64,000 nucleotides of DNA from an uncultured Candidatus Saccharibacteria bacterium (GTDB lineage: Bacteria > Patescibacteriota > Minisyncoccia > Phycocordibacterales > UBA9973). The stretch is from assembly GCA_964402895.1 (NCBI GenBank), contig CAYODR010000003.1, positions 3,534-67,533 of the forward strand, in the 5' to 3' direction. The position numbers were made by a program, and so were the translations under genes. Below the pieces are notes generated by a model, which was not told the origin of the DNA, did no database searches, and saw only the letters and a list, made by a program, of their open reading frames with translations. Below, one piece after another: positions 19,226 through 26,821 of this stretch (position 1 is its first letter; every line of letters begins with the position of its first letter).

Positions 19226-19462
19226 TTAAAGGAACATTAACCATCCTCCAAATATGGTAATTAATCCTGACCATATAGCAATTGCTCCTGATTTTAAACT
19301 ACTTGCTCTGTTATCTGATAAAGAGAAAAGCAGTATTAGTAGTGCTCCAGATATCAATGCTAATCCACACCAGTGAATATCTTTTGTCTGGAACATCATT
19401 ACAAGTGCAATAGAGAACAACAGTGTTGTAATGGCTTGGGGAATAAAAAAGAAATTTTTCAT
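19226..19462 (-). CDS. small two-TM membrane protein (78 aa)
   Basis: two hydrophobic helices; its start codon lies 5 nt downstream of a 19-bp hairpin and about 120 nt downstream of the hammerhead motif on the same strand. Confidence 0.45.
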   Translation of the reverse strand: MKNFFFIPQAITTLLFSIALVMMFQTKDIHWCGLALISGALLILLFSLSDNRASSLKSGAIAIWSGLITIFGGWLMFL

Positions 19463-19468
19463 ATTTTT

Positions 19469-19521
19469 AATTTAATTGGTTACTTGAATATCCATAAGAA
19501 ACTCAAGTAACCAATTAAATT
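19469..19521 (-). other. perfect 19-bp stem-loop (15-nt loop) immediately 5' of the start codon at 19462
   Basis: ttaattggttacttga ... tcaagtaaccaattaa perfect inverted repeat, extendable by 3 bp. Confidence 0.7.
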
Positions 19522-19537
19522 TATTTAAAAGAACAAT

Positions 19538-19586
19538 CTGTTTCGTCCTTTTGGACTCATCAGTACGAATACACATTCGTATACAG
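19538..19586 (-). ncRNA. hammerhead ribozyme motif (type III topology)
   Basis: minus strand reads CUGU-A / UACGAAU-GUGU-AUUCGUA / CUGAUGA / GUCC-AAAA-GGAC / GAA / ACAG. The core C3-A9, G10.1-C11.1, G12A13A14 and A15.1-U16.1 are all canonical, with a GUA cleavage triplet, a 7-bp stem I, 4-bp stem II and 4-bp stem III. Confidence 0.7.
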
Positions 19587-19821
19587 TGTGGACCTATTAC
19601 TAGATCCACTGACATCCCACATTTTTGTTAACCACCAATGCGAGGACAGTTATGTTTTTACACAACGGAATGCCATATATAGCGAAACACTTATTTTGAG
19701 ACATTGTTTCAGAGATGTCTTTCACTTTTTCAGTGTATGTATGCTTCACAGCAGACATCACTTACTTTCTGTTGCCAACCGGCTGTTCGTGCTATTGAAC
19801 AGTGTGAGACCGGTCCGAACG

Positions 19822-20865
19822 TCATTTGTCATAATGCCATGCTGCATCAAACACTGGAATCAGAAATTGTTTGTTAGACAATCCTTTTTTCCGTGCCATG
19901 GTCACCGCTACTGCAAATCCTGCCTTTCCTGTTCTCCCAAACTCACTCAACGCTTCGTGGTGAAAGTCATCCCATTTAGCAACCCATTCACTTTTATCTG
20001 TCGGTTTGAAGCCGACAGCTTTCATGAAAGTTTGATCAATGTGATTACTTGTTACCAAAGCCACTGTATCAAGATGAGGTATTGAAGCCTCAAGAGCGGG
20101 GAACGGAAACATTGGATTTGCATATGTAGTGCCAGGTAAATCATGTCTTGCAATAACAGAAGGGTCTTCTATACCAAATACTCTTTGATACTTGCCGGGG
20201 AATCTCTTCCGATAGGCAAGAGCAGATGATACTGCTTCAAATCCCACAATTGTTATTCCAGGAAGCAATGATTTAAACTCTGTTCCCATGGAGAGCGTTG
20301 TTGTGCCGTTGCCTACGGGGGCAACTAAAATATCTGGTGTGATATTAGCATCAACAATCTCTTTTGCGAAAGGGCGAAATGCATCGATTGCAACTTCGTT
20401 AATACAATCCCCGCGTCCAGTAATATCACCCATCACGTGATTTATATACTTGGTACCGCGGTGTTCGGCGAGGAATCGCTTGATGAACATTGGAAAGCCA
20501 TTAACGTATGCTTCGGCAGGGGTGAGGTGTAGCTCAGCACCGGCCTTTTCGATTGCGGTTTCGCGTGCCCTTTCACCGCCAGCAGGTACAGCTATCTTGA
20601 TTGGGTAACCAAGGGCTGTTGCAATTGCGGCGGCTGCACGTCCTCCTGAGCCGGAAGTAGTTTCAAGCAGTGTATCACCAGGTTTAATAATGCCTAAGCA
20701 TTCTTTCTGATAAATAAGCTGTGAAAATATCCTAGCATAATGACATTCTCCGTAAGGTAATTTATATTCCATCTTGAAATGGTATATGTTTCCCTCAAAC
20801 TCAATTGTTTTAATTGGTGAGTTTTTAACGGCATCCAAAATTTGGTTGTAAAGAGCTGTTCTCAT
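19822..20865 (-). CDS. PALP-fold (tryptophan-synthase-beta/cysteine-synthase-like) protein in a GC-richer island
   Basis: TSGSGGRAAAAIATALGYPIKIAVPAG and VAPVGNGTTTLSMG align by eye with CysK-type fold II PLP enzymes. The expected Schiff-base Lys position reads GECHYAR (Lys apparently absent). GC content is visibly above the surroundings. Confidence 0.6.
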   Translation of the reverse strand: MRTALYNQILDAVKNSPIKTIEFEGNIYHFKMEYKLPYGECHYARIFSQLIYQKECLGIIKPGDTLLETTSGSGGRAAAAIATALGYPIKIAVPAGGERARETAIEKAGAELHLTPAEAYVNGFPMFIKRFLAEHRGTKYINHVMGDITGRGDCINEVAIDAFRPFAKEIVDANITPDILVAPVGNGTTTLSMGTEFKSLLPGITIVGFEAVSSALAYRKRFPGKYQRVFGIEDPSVIARHDLPGTTYANPMFPFPALEASIPHLDTVALVTSNHIDQTFMKAVGFKPTDKSEWVAKWDDFHHEALSEFGRTGKAGFAVAVTMARKKGLSNKQFLIPVFDAAWHYDK

Positions 20866-20930
20866 AATATGGGTGAGTGGGGGTTTATGCACTCGGCCGA
20901 GATGCACAAACGACTCACCTCACATCAATC
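20866..20930 (-). promoter_or_regulatory. GC-rich nested-hairpin leader upstream of the PALP gene
   Basis: ggtgagt...actcacc outer stem enclosing a tgcaNctcggccgagNtgca palindrome. Confidence 0.35.
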
Positions 20931-21070
20931 ATCTGACAACAGTATAGCTTGTTTGTAAAGGATTGTCAATATACAATGAAATAATATATTGTAAATAGCA
21001 ATAAAAACATTGTAAAATAAGAATAAAAAAGTGTTGATAAATCTTCAACAACATGATACAATTTTAATAT

Positions 21071-21838
21071 ATGATTGAAGAAATACTTAAAGAATTAAAC
21101 TTTGGGGAAAAAGAAATAGCTATATATATCTGCGTACTTGAGCACGGTAAATTGTCTGCTGCTACACTTTCAAGAATTACAAAAATCAACAGAACAACTG
21201 TTTATAGTGTGACTAAAGAGCTTATAAATAAAGGAGTTATCACGGAAGATATTGGGGGATCAAATAGATACTATACAGCACTACCACCAGAAGAACTTCG
21301 TAATTTGCATAATAAAAAACAAAAAGAACTAGAAAAAGAAGGTTTTTTAGTAGAAGAAGCTATTAAAAAACTTATAAATATACCTAAAAATAAACATTAT
21401 TCTGTACCAAAAATAGTTTTTACCGAAGAAAGAAATCTAAATGAAGTTCTTTATAAAAAACTTCCTATCTGGATAAAAAGTGCTGAAGGAAAAGACCAAA
21501 ACTGGTGGGGATTCCAAGATTCTTCTTTTATTGAAAGTCACAAAGAATGGTTTAAATACCATTGGGAGATTTTTCCTGAAAATTATGGAACAAGACTTTT
21601 CACTAATGAAAAAACTCCTGAAAAGGATTTTGCTCAAGAAATAAACAAGCAAGATATACGAAAAATTAAATACTGGGATAAATCAAAAGAATTTACAGCT
21701 ACGCATGCAGTCCTTGGTGACTATGTACTTTTTTGTGTAACAAGACAGCATCCTTATTATTTAGTAGAAATTCATGATGCTGTGATGGCAGAAAATATGA
21801 GGCAAATGTTTAAAGCTATGTGGGAAGAACTATCCTAA
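21071..21838 (+). CDS. TrmB-like transcriptional regulator
   Basis: N-terminal HTH LNFGEKEIAIYICVLEHGKLSAATLSRITKINRTTVYSVTKELINKGVI resembles the TrmB family. Confidence 0.55.
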   Translation: MIEEILKELNFGEKEIAIYICVLEHGKLSAATLSRITKINRTTVYSVTKELINKGVITEDIGGSNRYYTALPPEELRNLHNKKQKELEKEGFLVEEAIKKLINIPKNKHYSVPKIVFTEERNLNEVLYKKLPIWIKSAEGKDQNWWGFQDSSFIESHKEWFKYHWEIFPENYGTRLFTNEKTPEKDFAQEINKQDIRKIKYWDKSKEFTATHAVLGDYVLFCVTRQHPYYLVEIHDAVMAENMRQMFKAMWEELS

Positions 21839-22603
21839 TTTAATCTCAAGCAGGATAGGGCAATGGTCTGATCCCATGTATTCAGCTAGAGTTTCAAATC
21901 CTAAAACCTTTTTCCTTAAAGATTCTGATATAAAGAAGTAATCTATGCGCCAACCAACATTGCGAAGCCGAGCGCGAGTCTTTTGATCCCAATATGTATA
22001 TACATCTGTTTTATCAGGGTTTAAATACCTAAAAACATCAGTCCAACCTTTTGAGACAAGTTTATCTATCCAAGCTCTTTCTATTGGTAAAAACCCTGTG
22101 TTTTCAGAATTTGCTTTAGGTCTAGCCAAATCTATCTCTGTATGAGCAGTATTTACATCACCACAAAAAATAACTGGCTTTTTTTTCTGGAGTTTTTCAA
22201 TGTATTTTAAGAAATGATCATAAAAATTAAGTTTGTACTCAAGTCTGATAGGACCACCTCCACCATTTGGAAAGTAGCAAGTGATTAAATAAAAATTATT
22301 ATACTCTAGTGTGATAGTCCGACCTTCATCATCAAGTCCTGCCATACCGATACCATACTTCACACTTAAAGGTTTAATCTTTGTATAAATCCCCACACCA
22401 CTATAACCCTTCTTATGTTCTGGCCAAGTAAAATACGAATGATAACCAAAAACATTTTTCAAATCTTCTGGAAGCTGGTCGGTGGTAGCTTTTGTTTCTT
22501 GAAAACAAACTATATCTGGATTATATTCTGTAAATAATGGGTCAAAATGTCCTTGCTTATGAGTTGCACGAATACCATTTGTATTCCAAGAAATTATTTT
22601 CAT
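21830..22603 (-). CDS. xth: exodeoxyribonuclease III (AP endonuclease)
   Basis: ISWNTNGIR, FQETK, WRIDYFF, SDHCPI catalytic motifs. Confidence 0.9.
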   Translation of the reverse strand: MKIISWNTNGIRATHKQGHFDPLFTEYNPDIVCFQETKATTDQLPEDLKNVFGYHSYFTWPEHKKGYSGVGIYTKIKPLSVKYGIGMAGLDDEGRTITLEYNNFYLITCYFPNGGGGPIRLEYKLNFYDHFLKYIEKLQKKKPVIFCGDVNTAHTEIDLARPKANSENTGFLPIERAWIDKLVSKGWTDVFRYLNPDKTDVYTYWDQKTRARLRNVGWRIDYFFISESLRKKVLGFETLAEYMGSDHCPILLEIKLG

Positions 22604-22681
22604 AAAAACATTATAACATTAAAAATATTCATGCCTAAAAATGATATTATGTCGTAAAATATTGTATACTAGATATGGTAT

Positions 22682-23584
22682 ATGGATATTGAGCCAGCAA
22701 AAAGACAATTTTTAGAATATTTAGAAATTGAAAAGGGTAGAAGTCTTTTAACTGTTCGTAATTATGAACACTATTTAGATAGGGCATTTGAAGAAATGAA
22801 TATTTCTAAATTAAAAGATATCACGGAAGATAAGCTTAGAAACTTTCGCTTAGTCCTGAACAGAGCATCGGGTGTAAAAATAAAAGGGCAAACAGCTGGT
22901 ACAATGAAAAAAAATACCCAAAACTATCATTTAATAGCCTTGAGGTCATTTTTAAAGTATTGGAGAAAAAGGCAATACGATACTTTATCACCTGATACTA
23001 TAGAACTAGCAAAAGTAGGGGGGAGGCATTTAGACCTGATCTCAATAGATGAGCTCAATAGACTTTTAAAAGTGCCTAAAGAAAAAAATGAAAAAGATTT
23101 AAGAGATAAAGCCCTACTTGAACTTTTTTTCTCAACAGGGCTTCGTTTGGCTGAACTATGTTCATTAAATAGAGACTTGGATTTATCAAAAGATGAATTT
23201 TCAATCAGAGGAAAAGGAGAGAAAGTCAGAGTTGTCTTTTTATCTAATGATGCAAAAGCCTCAATCAGAGAATATCTCAAAGAAAGAAAGGATATGGAAG
23301 AAGCAATGTTTGTAAATGTCTCTAAAAATAAAATAAAGTCCCGCCTCACGCCAAGATCAATAGAACGAATAGTCAGAGATTGTGCTATCAAAGCAGGGAT
23401 TTCAAAAAAAGTCACACCCCATGTACTCAGACACTCTTTTGCTACCAATCTTCTCTCAAATGGAGCAGATATCAGAAGCGTACAAATGATGCTGGGGCAT
23501 GTAAATATATCAACTACACAAGTCTATACCCACATTACAGATAAACAACTCAGGGATGTTCACAAAAAATTCCATAAGAAATGA
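22682..23584 (+). CDS. xerD: tyrosine site-specific recombinase XerC/XerD-like
   Basis: HVLRHSFATNLLSNGADIRSVQMMLGHVNISTTQVYTH (R..H..Y catalytic region); N-terminal core-binding domain. Confidence 0.8.
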   Translation: MDIEPAKRQFLEYLEIEKGRSLLTVRNYEHYLDRAFEEMNISKLKDITEDKLRNFRLVLNRASGVKIKGQTAGTMKKNTQNYHLIALRSFLKYWRKRQYDTLSPDTIELAKVGGRHLDLISIDELNRLLKVPKEKNEKDLRDKALLELFFSTGLRLAELCSLNRDLDLSKDEFSIRGKGEKVRVVFLSNDAKASIREYLKERKDMEEAMFVNVSKNKIKSRLTPRSIERIVRDCAIKAGISKKVTPHVLRHSFATNLLSNGADIRSVQMMLGHVNISTTQVYTHITDKQLRDVHKKFHKK

Positions 23585-23700
23585 TTTATCTATAAAACTG
23601 TATCATGTAAAAATATTATGAAATATAAACGATATAAATAAATTCACGATACTTTAAAAAGATTTTATCGGCTTTTGTTATTCTATGAGGTAATACTTAA

Positions 23701-24093
23701 ATGTATATCCTTATGAAAGACTTTAATTCTTGGAATTTTAAAAAGAAAAAAATAAATAGTAGTAGTATTATAAGACTTTTTCATGAAAGAGAGATTTGGT
23801 GGGCATCTTTTGGCGTAAATATTGGAAGAGAACAAAATGGTACTGGAGTAAATTTTGAAAGACCAATTGTAATTCTTAAAAAATTAAGCTCAGATACTTT
23901 TATTTGTTTACCGCTAACAACAAAAAAGAAGCTTCCTAAATTTCAATCAATAGTAACGCATGAAAAAGTTAAGGGTTTTATAATGCTTGATCAAATTAGG
24001 GTTTTTGATACAAAAAGACTAGTTCGCAAAATAGGCAAGCTCTCTGTATCTGAATTTAATATAATGAAGAAAAGACTGAAAGAAATCCTGTGA
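23701..24093 (+). CDS. MazF/PemK-family endoribonuclease toxin-like protein, no adjacent antitoxin ORF
   Basis: REIWWASFGVNIGREQNG..RPIVIL ... FICLPLTTKKK ... MLDQIRVFDTKRL matches the MazF/Kid pattern; the 116-bp upstream intergenic region holds only tiny ORFs. Confidence 0.6.
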   Translation: MYILMKDFNSWNFKKKKINSSSIIRLFHEREIWWASFGVNIGREQNGTGVNFERPIVILKKLSSDTFICLPLTTKKKLPKFQSIVTHEKVKGFIMLDQIRVFDTKRLVRKIGKLSVSEFNIMKKRLKEIL

Positions 24094-24100
24094 AAAATCG

Positions 24101-24126
24101 AAAAGCCCGCATTTGCGGGCTTTTCT
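24101..24126 (+). terminator. rho-independent terminator
   Basis: gcccgca/tgcgggc stem followed by a T-run. Confidence 0.65.
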
Positions 24127-24280
24127 CGGAGTCCGAAGACACTGTGTACTATTAGTATATCAAAGTCATTTTTTATGTCAAATTAGATATACAGGTAGTA
24201 CTAGAGATAGCAGATAAACAAAATCTTTTTTGTTCAAAATTCTAATTTTTCTTATATGTAAACAGGTTAAAAGCCTTAGT

Positions 24281-24316
24281 CCTTCGGACTTGCTTTTTCC
24301 AAAATAGCATGCTATA
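24281..24316 (+). promoter_or_regulatory. rpsO promoter TTGCTT-17-TGcTATAAT ending 9 nt before the likely start
   Basis: read directly; overlaps a UUCG-tetraloop hairpin agtccttcggact. Confidence 0.45.
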
Positions 24317-24325
24317 ATGGGCAAT

Positions 24326-24586
24326 ATGTTAACACCGAAGAAAAAATTACCAATAATCAAAAAATATCAATTGCACGCTACTGACACAGGTAGCAAAAAA
24401 GTACAAATTGCAGTACTTACAAAAAAAATTGATGTTTTGGCTGGACACCTCAAAAAACATAAAGGTGACAATCACTCAAGAAGAGGTCTGATCAAAATGG
24501 TAGCTGACAGAAGGGGGCATCTAAAAGTTCTTGAAAAGAGCAACCCTGGTCAAGCTCAAGAAGCACTAAAAATCATCAAAGGTTAA
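24326..24586 (+). CDS. rpsO: 30S ribosomal protein S15
   Basis: GDNHSRRGLIKMVADRRGHLKVL S15 signature; the ORF opens at 24317, but the ATG at 24326 fits the -10 spacing. Confidence 0.9.
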   Translation: MLTPKKKLPIIKKYQLHATDTGSKKVQIAVLTKKIDVLAGHLKKHKGDNHSRRGLIKMVADRRGHLKVLEKSNPGQAQEALKIIKG

Positions 24587-24590
24587 ATTT

Positions 24591-24618
24591 AAAACACTGC
24601 ACTAACTGCAGTGTTTTA
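24591..24618 (+). terminator. terminator after rpsO
   Basis: cactgca/tgcagtg stem followed by a T-run. Confidence 0.6.
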
Positions 24619-24669
24619 AATTTTTAATGTATAATATGTACAGTACTATTTTAAATATAAAAAATTAAA

Positions 24670-25173
24670 ATGAGCATCATTAAACAAAAAGATCAGCGCG
24701 TAGGTATATTTATTGATACACAAAACCTGTACCATACAGCTAAACATTTATATAAGAGAAAAGTAAACTTCGCCAATGTAGTAAAGGATGTAGTAGCTGG
24801 CAGAAAAATCATTCGTAGTATTGCTTATGTGATAACGACAGAAAACGAAGATGAAAAAGCTTTTCTTGAAGCACTTACAAAATCAGGAATTGAAACTAAG
24901 TCAAAAGATCTTCAAATATTTTATGATGGAAGCAAAAAAGCTGATTGGGATATTGGACTTGCAATTGATGCGGTCACCATGGCGCCAAAACTTGATGCTA
25001 TTATAATAGTTTCAGGTGATGGAGATTTTGTACCACTATGTGAATACTTGAGATACCATCATGGTGTACAAGTAGAGGTAGCAACTTTTGGAAAATCTGC
25101 ATCATATGCACTTAAAGATATTGCTGACGACTTCTTTGATCTATCCGCAAATGCAAGAAGGTATTTAATATAA
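24670..25173 (+). CDS. NYN-domain (LabA-like) putative RNase
   Basis: VGIFIDTQN ... IIIVSGDGDF hallmark of the NYN/LabA PIN-like fold. Confidence 0.75.
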   Translation: MSIIKQKDQRVGIFIDTQNLYHTAKHLYKRKVNFANVVKDVVAGRKIIRSIAYVITTENEDEKAFLEALTKSGIETKSKDLQIFYDGSKKADWDIGLAIDAVTMAPKLDAIIIVSGDGDFVPLCEYLRYHHGVQVEVATFGKSASYALKDIADDFFDLSANARRYLI

Positions 25174-25177
25174 AAAA

Positions 25178-26281
25178 ATGAATGATGATGAAAACAACAA
25201 CATCATAAACAAGGAAACAACTGATGCTTTTTCAGATTTTTCAAAGATTCAGGATGATTTTCTTAAAAAAACTCTAGAAAAAATAGACCCTGTAAACCCG
25301 CCACTGAAAAACCCTGTACCTACAAATATTCCTACTGAAAACATTATAGAAGATATAAGTGTGCCAACTCCAACTCCAACTCCAACTCCAACTCCAACTC
25401 CAACTCCAACTCCAACTCCAACTGAAGTATTGCCCGAACCAGAAGAAATTCAAGAACCAGAAAGGGTCGTACTAGCACGAACATACGAAGATGATCTGGC
25501 TGCTTCAATGACGGTTACAGATGCAAAAACTGTTCAAGAATTATTAAAAGATGCACGAGAAAGAGAATCTTTAGAAAATCAAATTTATAAAGAAAAGAAA
25601 AATAGAAAATGGTATGTCTTCGGATCAATTTTCTTGATGATTTTGGCAATAGGAGCCGCTGGGTACGGAGCTTATCATTATCTTAAACTTACAACCCCGA
25701 CAGTGGAAAAAGCAAAAATTGCAGTCTTCTTAAGTACTGATGATTTTTTTATCAATCAGGCAAATATAGAGAGTGTGATGAATGATCCTTCTCTGCAAGA
25801 AATACAAATATCAAAACCTTATCTCGTGCAACTCCTAACAGATGAGGTCTCTAGAATATTTCCAACCCCACTAAACTTTTTCCAATATATTGGAATAAAT
25901 CCACCAGAACCATTTACTACATCTATTTCTGAACTTAGACTGGGCGTTGTTAATGATGGTATGAAAAATAATTTTTTCATTTTGATCTCTGCTATTGATA
26001 CAAACAAAACATTGAGAGAAATGTCTTTTATTGAGAAAGATTTAATAAATTATTTTTATAAACCCCTAAATATAGAAATAGAAAATATTATTCCAGAAAG
26101 TATGACTAATTTTATCAGTGAGTATAAAGAAAATGTTCCTGTAAGAACTCTGTATACTACAAACACAGATGGCCTGCGGTATTTATCTCTAATATATGGT
26201 GATTTGGGGCAGGATACTATTGTCATAACTCAAAATCCTGATGTATTAAAAACTGTGTACGATACTATCCTTAAACAATAA
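25178..26281 (+). CDS. single-pass membrane protein with (TP)n linker; cytoplasmic N-terminus, extracytoplasmic C-domain
   Basis: PTPTPTPTPTPTPTPTPTPT repeat, then one TM helix YVFGSIFLMILAIGAAGYGAYHYL; start 5 nt after the NYN gene stop. Confidence 0.5.
   Translation: MNDDENNNIINKETTDAFSDFSKIQDDFLKKTLEKIDPVNPPLKNPVPTNIPTENIIEDISVPTPTPTPTPTPTPTPTPTPTEVLPEPEEIQEPERVVLARTYEDDLAASMTVTDAKTVQELLKDARERESLENQIYKEKKNRKWYVFGSIFLMILAIGAAGYGAYHYLKLTTPTVEKAKIAVFLSTDDFFINQANIESVMNDPSLQEIQISKPYLVQLLTDEVSRIFPTPLNFFQYIGINPPEPFTTSISELRLGVVNDGMKNNFFILISAIDTNKTLREMSFIEKDLINYFYKPLNIEIENIIPESMTNFISEYKENVPVRTLYTTNTDGLRYLSLIYGDLGQDTIVITQNPDVLKTVYDTILKQ
25366..25424 (+). repeat. coding tandem repeat (actcca)n encoding (TP)10
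   Basis: direct hexanucleotide repeat counted in the sequence. Confidence 0.8.
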
Positions 26282-26353
26282 GACTTTTTTGACGGCCACA
26301 AAAAGTGGATAAAAACTATTTAATTTTTTATTTCCACATGCTAGTATACGCTT

Positions 26354-26713
26354 ATGAAAAATGTTGAAAAATACGAAAAAATGCTGCTAGAAGAAAAAGG
26401 TAGTCTAGAAGAAGAGCTTTCAGAAATTGCGCTATTCAACCCAGAAACAAATACCTGGGAAGCTACTCCAGACAGAGAACTAATGGGGGAAACAGATGAC
26501 AATGATGCCGCTGATAGGTTTGAGGATTTTGAAGAGAGAAGTGGTATGGTTTCAACACTTAGAGACAGACTCTATGATGTAAATCTTGCACTAACAAAAA
26601 TAGAAACTGGTGTATATGGTATATGTGAAATCTCTGGAGACAAAATAGAAGAAGATAGGCTAATGGCAAATCCAGCAGCTAGAACAAATAAAGCAAATAT
26701 TGATAAAATCTAA
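26354..26713 (+). CDS. DksA/TraR-family-like protein with degenerate zinc finger
   Basis: C-terminal GICEISGDKIEEDRLMANPAA matches the DksA/TraR CxxC...RL.A.P.A motif but keeps only one Cys. Confidence 0.5.
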   Translation: MKNVEKYEKMLLEEKGSLEEELSEIALFNPETNTWEATPDRELMGETDDNDAADRFEDFEERSGMVSTLRDRLYDVNLALTKIETGVYGICEISGDKIEEDRLMANPAARTNKANIDKI

Positions 26714-26715
26714 AT

Positions 26716-26755
26716 TAAAAAACGGCGCACCCAATGGGTGCGCCGTGTTTTTATT
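26716..26755 (+). terminator. rho-independent terminator
   Basis: acggcgcaccc/gggtgcgccgt stem followed by a T-run. Confidence 0.7.
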
Positions 26756-26821
26756 TTCCTAAACCAAAAACTGTGGAAATGATTTTAATTATTTTTGAAC
26801 ATGAAGCTGTAAACTAACTTC

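Noticed and set aside
19520-19821. 300-bp noncoding stretch as a possible RNase P RNA, tmRNA or other large ncRNA
   Set aside because: None of the conserved RNase P (GGAAAGTCCGG, ACAGAAACCCGGCTTA-like) or tmRNA (tRNA-like ends, CCA) signatures are present. The hammerhead motif is the only recognisable structure.
19588-20085. 165-aa plus-strand ORF in the GC-richer island
   Set aside because: Lies antisense to the well-supported PALP-fold gene; Cys/His-rich low-complexity translation; likely an artefact of elevated GC on the opposite strand.
25366-25424. Short direct repeats as a possible CRISPR array
   Set aside because: It is a 6-nt coding microsatellite (TP repeat) inside an ORF, with no spacers and no cas genes. 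No CRISPR-like repeat-spacer arrays were seen anywhere in the window.
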